DNA of 64,000 nucleotides from Penicillus capitatus (GCA_965649825.1 OZ287695.1:62001-126000), one strand, 5' to 3'. Counted from the first letter of the stretch, positions 1 to 10,913 are shown. A program made the numbers and translations. The notes: a model not told the origin generated them from the sequence alone.

Positions 1-2443
1 GGCTCTCGTGGTCCGAGCTGATGATTTGGTTTGGAAGTCTCCTATACCTTTTTCCGATTTCGGCTCTCCGCCCTGTTTTACGGACTGCCCTTTCGATGCG
101 GCACAAGCGGAAATAAGGTCTTTACTTTCTCGTGGAATTATTCAAGAAGTGCCTCGTTTTGACAGAGGTTATTTTTCTCCTGTGGTTTTTCTACGCAAAC
201 CGGATGGTCGAGTACGAGTCGTGGTGAATTTTCAAAAGCTCAACAAATATTCTGAAGTGTGGAACTCTTATACGCCGGACACCCGAAATGCGGTCAGAGC
301 GGTGGACCCTTCCTGGCGTATGTTTACTGTCTTGGATCTCCGTGACGGGTATTTTCATATACCCGTTGACGCTTCTCTGAGTCGTCTGTTTTGTTTCTCT
401 TGTTTTGGTCGCCGTTACCGCTTTGTGACACTCCCTCAAGGTTGGGCATCGAGCGTCGGTTTTTTCAATGATAGGGTACGCCGCATTTTAGGCCACCTTC
501 CGGCCACGGCTTATTTTGATGATATCATTGTTGGTGGTCACGATCGTAAGTCGCACGATCGTAACTTGGAGGCAGTTTTGGCGGCACTTCAGTCGGCAGG
601 AATGCATGTGAACCCCAAAAAGGTACAATTCTGCAGACCCACGGTCAGTTTTTTGGGGTTTTCGCTTTCCGGGGATGCATTTCATCAACGTAACTACATC
701 TCTAAACAACTAAGTCAGTTGCCCCTGGTTCGTTCAAAGAAGGATTTGCAACGCATTCTTGGAATTTTTACTGCTTGTCGAGGTACTTGTCCTGGTTTGG
801 GTCTGGCAATAGCGCCCCTTTACTCGTTTTTACAAAATTCGGTCCGGAAGATTGATTGGCCTTCAGTGCAAAACCAAGTTCGGGCTGTTGCCGCTCACTT
901 ACTGAGGAACTCGTTATCTTTTCTGCGTTGTGTGGCGTCACCTGTTTTTCACATTGAAGTCGATTGGTCGGGAGCTGGGGCTGGATATCTCCTTTATGCC
1001 GGCCATAGATCGGAACGTCGTATTATTGCAACCAATTCTCGTGCTATACGTGGTTTCCCAGTTAGCTCTTTTTTAGGGGAATTAGATGCGATCGTCTGGT
1101 GTTTGCAAGATACGCTCCCACTTACTGTTGGCTGTCCGGTTCATGTTTATACGGACTCTTTGAGTGCCCTACAAAGGCTACGAGCTCACGATGTTTGGTA
1201 CAAATCGCGCACTGACCTCAGAATTGGCAGACGCCTTGGTTGGTTGTGGGAGAATTTTCCGCTTGATACTCGTTTGTTTTTACATTTCTTACCCTCTTCG
1301 GACAACTTTCTAGCCGATTGTCTATCACGATGGCCGACGTTAGCGCAACGGAAGGAAGTTGACCTGAATGCAATAAGGGGAGGAGATCAATACAATGAAC
1401 GTTTAAGGAGAATTTCAAAAGCACACGAAGGTCATTGGGGAACGAGGAAAACGATCTTGAACCTGAAGAGGGATGGTGGACCTTGTTGGAAAGGCATGGA
1501 GAGTGAAGTTCGTAATTTTGTCGAGAATTGTCGGAAATGTCAAATGTGGGGGCCTCCTCAACATAGAACAAGTTTGGGGGCGACACCAGTATCCAAAGTC
1601 GGGGAGGCTGTCGGAATAGATTTCGCCGGACCCCTACCAAGAGGGGATTTGGAAGGACCGAGATTCATCGTGCTCATGGTAGATTACCTTTCTCGGTGGA
1701 TCGAGGCATGGTCCTGTGAGAGCCCTAGCAGTGAAGCGGCCATAAGGGCGTTGAATAAATGGAAACAAAGAAACGGTAGAATCGAAATGCTTGTTTCTGA
1801 CAACGCACAGACATGGAATTCCAAGAGCGTAAAAAAATGGTGTGAGGAGAATGGAGTGAAGCAACGGCTGACGGCAAGCTACATGCCAAAATCAAATGGT
1901 ATGTGTGAGAGACAGATCGGAGTACTGAAGGGAAGATTAAAAAGAATGTGTGAGACGCCTGAGGACTGGTCGAAGATTCTATCGAGAGCTGTCAGAGTCA
2001 TAAATAATTCAGTGAACGAGACAACATTACACAGCGCCGCAGAGCTTAAGATGGGGTTGTCAAGAGACGGAAAGAGAGTTTCTCGAAGTGTACAAGAACA
2101 ATGGATTTCCGAAGCACAAGAAAGGACAAAGAAACAACAGTGGCAGTCGAACGAGACACGAAGGAGAAAATATGGAAACCGTAAAATCATCAGGATGGGT
2201 GATCATGTGTTAAGGCCAAGATCTAGATCAGATACAGCTACATTAACCCCACCATGGGATGAAGAGCCATGTGTAGTGGTAGATGCCATTGGCAATCACA
2301 TGTGGCTGGTAGAGGGACTCCTATTTGGAACCGTTTCAAGAGTGCATGACGATCAACTAAGACACATCCCGCGTCAGACCACAGCGCAGCTGGAAGCGTG
2401 TCGAGATGGGATGATGAAGGCAAGTAATGAAGATCATTACTGA
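1..2443 (+). mobile_element. Ty3/Gypsy LTR-retrotransposon pol (RT - RNase H - integrase); 5' part (gag/PR) lies upstream of the window; no 3' LTR found
   Basis: Uninterrupted 811-aa ORF, open from the window start. RT motifs LDLRDGYFHI, LPQG and YFDD. RNase H D/E/D/D (VDWSG, GELDAI, YTDS, LADCLSR). Integrase HHCC (HEGHW...CRKC) and DDE (GIDF, SDNA, NGMCER), plus a C-terminal GPY/F-like module. RT-RH-IN order indicates the Ty3/Gypsy clade. Confidence 0.95.
1375..1386 (+). other. 12-nt polypurine tract AAGGGGAGGAGA at the RNase H/integrase boundary (candidate central PPT)
   Basis: The sequence is seen directly and sits where strand composition flips. Function is only inferred; it also encodes IRGGD. 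Confidence 0.3.
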
Positions 2444-3731
2444 ACATCGTCCCGTGCTCAGCACGGTGGTAACATCACATCATGCGTATAAGTAAAAAGA
2501 GATTCGATTAGATTTGTAACTTCTGCGCACGAACTTTCTTTTAAGAACTTTACTGCGTCTTCTGAAGCAACGTTTAACAACGGCATCGATCAGTTAGAGG
2601 ACTACTGCGAGACGAAGCAGGCATCACTGATAAGACATATCATCTTTCAGTCGGTCGTGGTCATGGCAATTGTCGTGCAGAAAACGAACAACTGAATAAG
2701 ATATTCATCGAAACGCGATCGGAGCGCGCTGTGCGTTTCTTCTGCTCGCCATCTAGATTCGACCGCTAGGACGCACGCCATTCCGAAAACACTAAGGGCT
2801 TCAGCGTTTGATGCTTTGTGCTTTCGAAGCCGGAATGTAAAACGAGGCGTCGACCTTGACGATAAAAGAGAGAGTTCTTTGCGTTCTCGACGGTTATAGT
2901 AGATTTTAAGAATCTTGTCGTCCGGTGTAGCATTCATTGCAACACATAGTTGATTTGCCCCACCCGGACTTCTTGACTTCTTAACACAGGAGAAGCTTCT
3001 GACGACGACAACCTTCTCCTATCCGCTGTCCATTGCTTGCCTGTTCCGATTAGATAGAGGCCTTTCTAGCAACACTCCATCTGACACAATTTTCGCGACG
3101 CTCAATCAATTGCTCTTGCTTGTTTTACTGAACTCTGGAAAACTTCATCGTCTTTGACGCACATAGCTACCAGCTAGTACCTGGAGATTGGTCATTGCGG
3201 CTCTTGTCCGCGGGGCCATCCTGTTTGAAAAGGATACAGATCCACTTCTCTCACTTCCACTGTCGGTTGAAATCCGCTTCGACTCTACATTCTGAGTTCT
3301 TCAAGGCCATACACGATTTTGTCCTTGACGTTTCGCGAAACACGGTTCGCAAGCACAGGTAGGTATCATTTATGTACACCGCTCGATTCAATTGAATCTT
3401 CGAGGAGAAACTATGCACAACGAAGGAACAGGCGATGATGGAACGGGCAGCAGAACGAGCGATTGAAGCGCGAATCGGGATTCTAAGCGGAACAATGAAA
3501 GTCCTACCATGCTCCTGATACTTTCGTTTCTCTGTTTTTCATAGATTTCTCGTGCAGCACAATCTAAGTGGACACGTGTCTACCTGTCTTGCAGGCAAGA
3601 GCTGCCACCAGCCAGAAAGGAAACCATTCGCGGATGAGGCACGCGAAGAAGAAGAAGATTACGCACGATCTCCAGCCATGCTATTCATAGTCGACTACCC
3701 TGTCACATGTGTAAGCAAACCGAACCATTTG

Positions 3732-6283
3732 TTACATGTTTATATCGCTCACGGCAGTATTGAAGATCCCAGACGCACTTTGACTGCAAATGTTATTCGC
3801 AACTAAAAATGCAACGCTCAAGTACCCAGTCAACACCGAATTTTTATCGACGTTGTCGTATTTCGAATCATTACCTTCAAATCTGCTCACGCACACACAA
3901 GCGTGTAGCATTAAGGGCTCCGTCGGCTGAACGGTTCTTTTACCTTTTGACTGTTGCTTCTTCTTCTTCGTTGTATCCGATATGCAGACTTGACAGCTTG
4001 CTACTGGTGTTCTTCTTGTAGGCTCCGTACGTGACCACTGGTATTCCTGGAAGAACGGGGATGTCGCAAAAGGTGCAATGAGTGAACTCGACCTGTCTTT
4101 TTGAGTTGATCAATACGGTCGAGGAAACTGCTGTCGCCGAATGACTCTACTGTGGAGATCCCAATTCCATCTGCGGACCTCAGCTGTCCCAGCAAAACGG
4201 ATCCTTGTCGGACAGCATCCGAAACGTCCGGATGGTGGTAGAAACGAAGATGGACCTGCAAACACTCTTCAGCATCGCTTCCGCGTCTCGCGCATGGCGC
4301 ACGTTCATGTCTCTGGCTGCATTCCTCAAGCCCTTCTTGAGGCCACTGATCGCCTCCCTCGGATGCTTCCCGAACAGAAAGAACTTGAACGTCTGTCCGT
4401 GGACGCGTCTACCGTCGCGCCGAGAGCAGGGATCCGACAGAAGCCTCGTGGCTTCCTCCGGAGATTTCACGACTCTGGATGCTGTTTAAGCATACTGCTG
4501 GTTGGGTAACGGCATTCGCTGTCAAGTCCTACCTGTCAAAGAAGCACTTTGAAGTGCTTTCGGTGGCATTGTGTACCCCAGAGATTCCAACGTCATCAGG
4601 GTCGTCCCTAGGTAGCCTTTCAGATGCTCTTGTGGATCGATCGTGAACTGAACTTCCTTCTTCTTCATTGCCTGTCAACGGAGATGAGAACAGTCGTCGA
4701 AGGACAACACTCCACGGACCTGAAGGATCCTTCGATCTATCCCATGCGTGCCGTAGTAGATGCAATGCGCCAGCGGATCTGGCTTTCCGCGGGGACAGAG
4801 CCGGTTGAGCGACTTCAAAATCTGGTGCACGAGGCTGAACGCACGAGCGTCGGCCATGAAAAGACCATTTATTTCTTTGTCGTCTAGGATGATGGGTATG
4901 AGTTTGGACTTCAGTTCACTTTGCATCTGGAACACAGCAACGGTCAGGAGAACCAGACGCGGGTGCGGTTTGACCGTCGTCTTCAAGTTCAAGTCGTAGG
5001 TGTCGTTGCCGAACGCGTCCTGAAACCCTCTGCAGCGATGCATGCTGTCCAGGTTGTCGTGGTAACTCAAGCACAAGGCGGTCTGCAGGCGAAAGAACAG
5101 TCAGTGCGTTGGGTGATCATCTCTGCAGAGAACCGACTGCGGCAATCACCTTCATTCCTGCTTCTTGCATCACGTTCCCAGCCAGTCTACCAACATTCGT
5201 CTCTTCGTCGCCAACATGGGCCAGCGTTTTCAGATCGATCGTCCTATAGGCCTCGAGTGAGCCCAACATCATCACCGGGTTTTCTTCGTGCGCCTTCTTC
5301 ACGGCATCCACATAACTGGGATCGTCAAAGCCTGATATCATCAGACCGTCATACAGCGCGTCTTGAGCTTCGAAAATGTTGTCGATAGCCTGTGAGATGT
5401 CATCTGTCCTGTCGATACTCACGTTCACTCTGTCACACCAGGACACTTCATGTTGCACGACGCGGCCAATACTGGATGGCGACCTTAGAAAAGATGCAGC
5501 GTCCCGCACACCTCTGTCGAACTCCCAATCAAATGTTCTAGAGACATCTTCGAAGACCAAAACTTTAAAGAACTTTTCACGGAAGGGATAAAAAACTGGG
5601 GGTGTTGAATACAGATGGGCAGAGGTCAGGTGAAAGGAGGGCGGCAAAAACTGCGATAACACGGAAAGCATGAGCCCCACATCCAAGACCAACAAGACCA
5701 GACAACTGGCGAGCAAACACATCCAACTACACCCTATCCTCCCCACAGACTTCTACACAAGGCAATCGACATCGGCCGACAGAGAAAACGGCGCAACTGT
5801 TTGGGAGATGGTCGAGTCCACGGAGTCTCGGCCTCGAGCAGCAACTGGGTGTTCTGGTCGTGGATCTGTGTCCACAAATGGGGTCTCCGCGGCGATGGGT
5901 TGACTCTTCTCCAGCCAGGATCGAACGAAACCCGTCCCGCTCGAAACCGAAGGCATCAGGTCTTGATTCTCAGCCGGTACGTCCACGCCAAACCATTTCT
6001 GAGTCATGCTCCTTGTTATGGATTCTGCCATGTCCTGGTCCAGCGACAGGTCCGAAGGGCTTACGTCGGCGCTCCGAAAGGTGAGGGATGCGAGACGGCC
6101 GCGCCGTCGTCGAGCGTGCACAGCGAACGGATGGTGTACTCCCTCCACCGACGACATCGCACGGTCAGTCGTTCTGAGGCTCGTGCCCGAACGCTCGACA
6201 CTTTCTGAAGAGACGAGTTCTTTCTGCTCTTCCGCGGTCGGCTTCTGCTGACGGCGTCGCAAAAAGTTCTTTGCCCGAATCAT
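3732..6283 (-). CDS. Multi-exon single-pass membrane protein with type-1 periplasmic (sugar) binding protein domains: one complete, one internally shortened
   Basis: Spliced ORFs 5753-6283, 5117-5746, 4675-5076, ~4520-4680, 4180-4470, 4001-4261 and further exons down to the TAA at 3732. TM segment CLLASCLVLLVLDVGLMLSVL. PBP1 motifs DGLMISGFDDPSYVDAVKKA, HVGDEETNVGRLAG, KTALCLSYHDNLDSMHRCRGFQDAF (joined across GT-AG intron 5083-5149) and FTIDPQEHLKGYL. Second unit: ADGIGIS, GIPVVTYG, LHIGYNE, LTGYLSVAFL. Confidence 0.7.
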
Positions 6284-6386
6284 TTTCAGCGACTCACTCG
6301 ATGATCGTATGAGATGTTACAGCATGTCCTGTCACTATGGAAAAACAAGTCAGTCCGGAAGCTCGCTTGAAGCCAGCACGTAACTG

Positions 6387-6911
6387 ATGGCACGTTCAAC
6401 AGGTTGGACCTTGCAGACAGAGCACCCTGTTTGGAGCTCCCTTCTCTCAACAGCGCGAAGAAAGAGGACCGGTGCAGGTCGGCGCGTCCATCAGGCTACC
6501 CAGCACCTCTATCATAACCAGAGAGTCTACGCAGCATGGATGGATCGCCTCCGGGAAGAACGAAGGTGGTGCTTCTTAAGCACTGTGCGCAGTGAGAATC
6601 TTGACGAGGGGACACGGGTTCAGAGCCACGCTTGAGAAGTCCGGGGGGGGGGCTGTCCATTCGTGCGACGCGCAAGAACTGGTACCAGACTGAGCGAAGC
6701 ATCTTGTGTCCCTCGAACTTCGACCTTCTTGGAGTGATCTCTCCGGTTCTGGAGAGAGTCGGTCATTGCGCAAGATCGTCTGCACAAGATTCGGCGAGTG
6801 GTCCTCGGCTTGAGCCTTTTCTCGCAGTTCTCGTCCTATCTGCCTTGGCGCTTCAGCCACACCGTCCCCGTGTCCGGTCAGATCATCATCGAGCAGCTGC
6901 GCGCAGAATGA
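6387..6911 (+). CDS. Possible small spliced hypothetical gene
   Basis: Coding-like segments flanked by GT/AG, ending ...LHKIRRVVLGLSLFSQFSSYLPWRFSHTVPVSGQIIIEQLRAE-TGA. No recognised motif; exon structure unresolved. Confidence 0.25.
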
Positions 6912-6964
6912 CCAATCGTGTTGCCGTAGAATGATCGTACTCGTCGCGTCTTCCTTCCGCCGCG

Positions 6965-7717
6965 ATGTATGCGTTTCTCGCCGTCTTGCTTCTCTGTCCG
7001 TGCGCCTCAGCCAATTTTCATGCAGGCGACTTCGTACAGATGTCTCGAAGGGGACAGTTTCGGCAGCAGAGAACAACGTGGCACGATTTGCAAGGACGTC
7101 ACTGTCCGCGTTTCAACGTCGACACCAGAGTCGCCATTCCGATTCACAAACCCAAAGATTACGACGAACTGGACGAATACAAGATGCAGCTCTCCTTGGA
7201 TCACGGGCGTCTCTTCTCTGCCTGGGTGACCATTCTCGCCAAACCCGATGCGCCCGGAGCTGGAATTGACCTCTTTCACGCACATCGGCTGACCGACGAC
7301 GTGCTGATCCCTTACGTTCACGTCCAACTGTGGAAGAGAGAAGACACGCTGCTGAAGATGAGAGTCGACAGCCGTCGGCTGCCGGAAGCATACATGAAAG
7401 AGCATCCAGAGATCGTGGCAGAGTACAGGAACAGAGATCACTGGCCGAAACACGTCTTAGTCACGTACCATCTGCAAATCCACAGGCTCCCTCCGGATGC
7501 ATTTGCTCACAGATACGAGTGGAGATCGCTGGACGAAGTGGATGCGGAGCGGGGACTGTTGGTCCTCATCTACGGCGGCGTTGCCATCATCATGGTGATG
7601 ATGGTGGGCGTGGCGCTGACAGCTCGCGATAAAATCGCCGAGTTCTTCTCGGAATTGACAACAGAGGGTCTGCAAACAACGACCTCGGCGACAAAAGAAG
7701 AGGGCAAAGCCCAGTGA
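6965..7717 (+). CDS. NPU: NPU-like (No Primexine and plasma membrane Undulation) membrane protein
   Basis: Signal peptide, then GDFVQMSRRGQF..RTTWHDLQGRHCPRF..VAIPIHKP, HWPKHVLVTY, W...EVD..GLLVL and a C-terminal TM. Matches my recollection of the Arabidopsis NPU family. A 48-nt in-frame intron is likely after VLVT. Confidence 0.85.
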   Translation: MYAFLAVLLLCPCASANFHAGDFVQMSRRGQFRQQRTTWHDLQGRHCPRFNVDTRVAIPIHKPKDYDELDEYKMQLSLDHGRLFSAWVTILAKPDAPGAGIDLFHAHRLTDDVLIPYVHVQLWKREDTLLKMRVDSRRLPEAYMKEHPEIVAEYRNRDHWPKHVLVTYHLQIHRLPPDAFAHRYEWRSLDEVDAERGLLVLIYGGVAIIMVMMVGVALTARDKIAEFFSELTTEGLQTTTSATKEEGKAQ

Positions 7718-7724
7718 CGACGGA

Positions 7725-9258
7725 TCATGTTCTGCTTAAGAGCGAGGAGATCATTTCGTCCTTCGTCTTCCTGTATCTCTGACAGTAGACCTCTTCGAGA
7801 GGGACCCTGGGATCCCCATACTTTGCAGAGTTTGTAATCTGAGGCAATTTCTGCAGCAGCGTCCTAAAGCAGGATGCGTACAGGAGCAGACGTTCCAGTA
7901 CCGCCAGACCTGCGTGCAGAGAGAGACATTGCTCGTGCGCGGATCCAGTCGCTTTGTTCACCGGGTACACTCTTCTCGCGTTTGTCTGCGCTGAGGTGGA
8001 TGTACCTCTCGAGCTCCTTCCGCCAGTACCATTCCATCGCCTCATTCAGCAGGGTTTCCATATCTTGAAACACCTGCAGACGCATGAAATGAGATTCGCA
8101 GCATCGCTCTGAGGAATACACCTTCGCAGCCGGTCTGCTGTAGATCGAGGGATGGACACCGGCAGTCCTCTACACACAGCACGCCAGTCTGCAAGAACGT
8201 CCAGAGCATCCATCGGGCTAAGCACTCGCGACTTTGGGTGTGAGAAGGAAGGTTGAACGTGAACGCGCTTGGGAGTCGCAGTCCCTCTGTCGTTCAGCTC
8301 GACGTACACGACGAACGAATCATGCCTCATGCAAACCTAACACGAAGGCAAGGGATCCATCTCACAGCACAGTCGTGGTGAACACGGCACGAATTGGGCG
8401 AGAGACACCGAGATGGTATCTGTGCAGAACGCTGTCTGAAAAGAACACTTCACGGCAGCGATCTCGGCTATCCGGTTTGTAATGCTGCGGATGTCATTGT
8501 TGTGCATCTCATCTAAACCACAGGCAGGGTGCTCTGAAGGGCAACCGAACGTTCATGCTCACCGGCCGCAAGATTTTGAAACAGTTTGGCCTTTGCCTCT
8601 CTGACGCGTTCGTTTCTGAGCGACCTCAGGTCCGCGTCCAATTTTCGAGTGCATCGGCCGAACTGGGAGCTCTCGGGGGATGCAGGCAACTTGTCTTCCT
8701 CGTTCTCGGAGTCTCCCAGTCTCGGAGCAAAATCCAGTGCGTCAGCTGGGTCCATCTGGAGGGCACACGATGTGGTCCCAGAAGGAGTGCCGGTTGTCTT
8801 GCCCTGTCGTCTTCAGATCCGCCAGACACTTGCATCAATGCCGCCTCGATCTGAAAGATTCGTTCGAGCGGCTTCTCGAGTTCTGCCAGGATTTCTTCCG
8901 CTCTCTAGTGGGAATGCAATGGAATGCACGAGCATCGATCGAGCTGCGGAAGAACACCTTGGTGATGCTCTTGGCGGCATCGGATGTTGGAGGACTGGAA
9001 GCCACCGTCTCCGACAGATGCTTTGCAGAATTCCGAAAGTCGATGAGCTGCAGTCGAACATCCCGTCAGCCGTCTCATCTCGACGACAGGCACCTTCTCG
9101 GATGTCTTTCGAATCAGCGACAGCCCTTCGTCGACGGGAACGGATGGCACGGGGCCTGAGGACAGCCATGTCGATCACAGGCTGCGCAGGGCATACGGAA
9201 AACTCTTGGTTCTCTGCGCGGGCCGTCTGTCCGCCGTGCGATCGCGTGTACGCTTCAT
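7725..9258 (-). CDS. Orphan multi-exon protein, copy A (partly coiled-coil)
   Basis: Exons MKRTRDR..., RAEEILAELEKPLERIFQIEAALMQ, MDPADALDF..., ETLLNEAMEWYWRKELERYIHL and ...EMISSLLSRT* are flanked by GT-AG. A 2-nt indel between copies falls in a predicted intron. Confidence 0.55.
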
Positions 9259-9351
9259 GCTGAGTCAAGATGTGACCTCTTGGGAATGGGGAAGAGGTGA
9301 CGAAACACGTAACTGCGTGCGTGTCGTCGAATCGCATCGTCTGCCATTAGA

Positions 9352-10801
9352 ATGGACAGCGCCGATCCCGAGCTGCAAAAGGTAAGGAGAATCGAAAAGC
9401 CGTGTGCTTCAGAGATGTCGCAGGCAATCTACGAAAGCCTCCGACAAACATCAGAACCGTACGCATTATCACGCGGAAGCAGCTCGCACGTCGACCTCCG
9501 ACGCGTAAGGCTTGCAGCAAGGCGAGAAGGTTTTGAACTGAGGGCGGGTGTCACCTGCAGAGCACCTCGGACGTGACTTTCGGACGGGTGGATTCCCTCC
9601 GACGCTCGGGAATCTCACCGGCGGCATCAAGGTGTGCCCACACTCCGCTGACGAACATCAGGTCGCCTTGCACCCCGCACGCACATTGCTGCAAACGCCA
9701 AGTGCGTCAGGCTTCGTCGAAGTCGAAGCTTGAGCAGACGAAATTCGAAGAGGAGCGATCCGAGCGAAGATGATCGGACAGCGCCAGAAGACGCCGAGAT
9801 GAAAGACGTCGTCGAGCGGAGCATTCTTCTGCCCTCTGCTGCAGAGCGCATCACGTTTGACAGCGTTGCTGGGTTGGACGGCGCCAAGAGGCTGCTGACC
9901 GAAGCGATCGCCCTCCCCTTGTTGATGCCAGACTTCTTCACTGGGATACGCGAACCCTGGAAAGGCGTCCTGCTCTTCGGACCGGCGGGAACAGGAAAGA
10001 CGCTTCTGGCGAAGGCGCTGGCCAGCACAGACTCGATTCGTTTCTTCAACTGTCCCAGTTCCGCACTGACGTCCAAGTACAGAGGCGACAGCGAGAAACT
10101 GGTTCGGGCCGTTTTCTCGGCGGCGCGGAAGGCGGCTCCATCCATCGTCTTCTTCGACGAGGCAGACGCCTTGATCTCCAAACGGGGAACGGTCGACGAG
10201 CACGAAGCAAGTCGAAGATTCAAATCGGAAGTGTTACAGCAAGTGCGTTGGTTGCCTCGTCTCGCGAGGAACGCGTTGCCAGAGAGATAGAGCACGGTGT
10301 AGATGGACGGGGTGACGAGCGGGGCTGCGCATGTCGTGGTTCTGGCGACCAGCAACTGCCCCTGGGACATCGACGAAGCAGTTCTCCGTCGTTTCGAGAA
10401 GCGCATCCACATTCCGCTGCCGGATGCCGCTGCCAGGGCGTCCGCTCTTCGCCTCTACCTTCAAGTCGATGCACTGGCAGTCGAAGAGCACCCGCCAAGC
10501 GTTCTTTGTCTCGCAGGACGTGCGGTGCTCGGAGGACGTGAACATCGAAGCCATCGCTGAGCGTTTGGACGGTTACAGCGGTGCCGATCTTTGTCTGGTT
10601 TGCAAGGATGCTTCGATGATGTTCGTGCGCAAGTGGATGGAAGGCAAGTCCCCAGAAGAGATGATAAAGTTCAGAGAGAGCGGAGCATCGAACGCAATCG
10701 TGACCATGGAGGATTTTTGCAAAGCGATAGAGAAATCGAATCCCTCTGTCAGAAACGCGGAGAGATACGAGAAATGGGCGACTGAATTCGGCTCTATCTA
10801 G
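9352..10801 (+). CDS. Katanin p60-like microtubule-severing AAA ATPase, copy A (short N-terminus, no MIT domain seen)
   Basis: EPWKGVLLFGPAGTGKT (Walker A), SKYRGDSEKL (pore loop), FFDEAD (Walker B), ATSNCPWDIDEAVLRRFEKRI, GYSGAD, C-terminal YEKWATEFGS. About 5 short introns. Confidence 0.9.
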
Positions 10802-10913
10802 AGAAGGAGGGGAAGGATGTCTGTTTTCTTTACCGAGAACACTGTGTACGTCACTCCCAACAAATGTTTGTTCCATGCACCGTGGACATGAATAAATGAT
10901 AGAAGCGGTTGCA

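Noticed and set aside
2465-3350. Possible minus-strand spliced gene (ORF 2647-2937 and neighbours)
   Set aside because: Coding-like pieces exist, but I could not build a stop-free exon chain or recognise a motif.
6643-6652. G10 homopolymer
   Set aside because: Isolated run; likely an indel-prone site with no evidence of programmed frameshifting.
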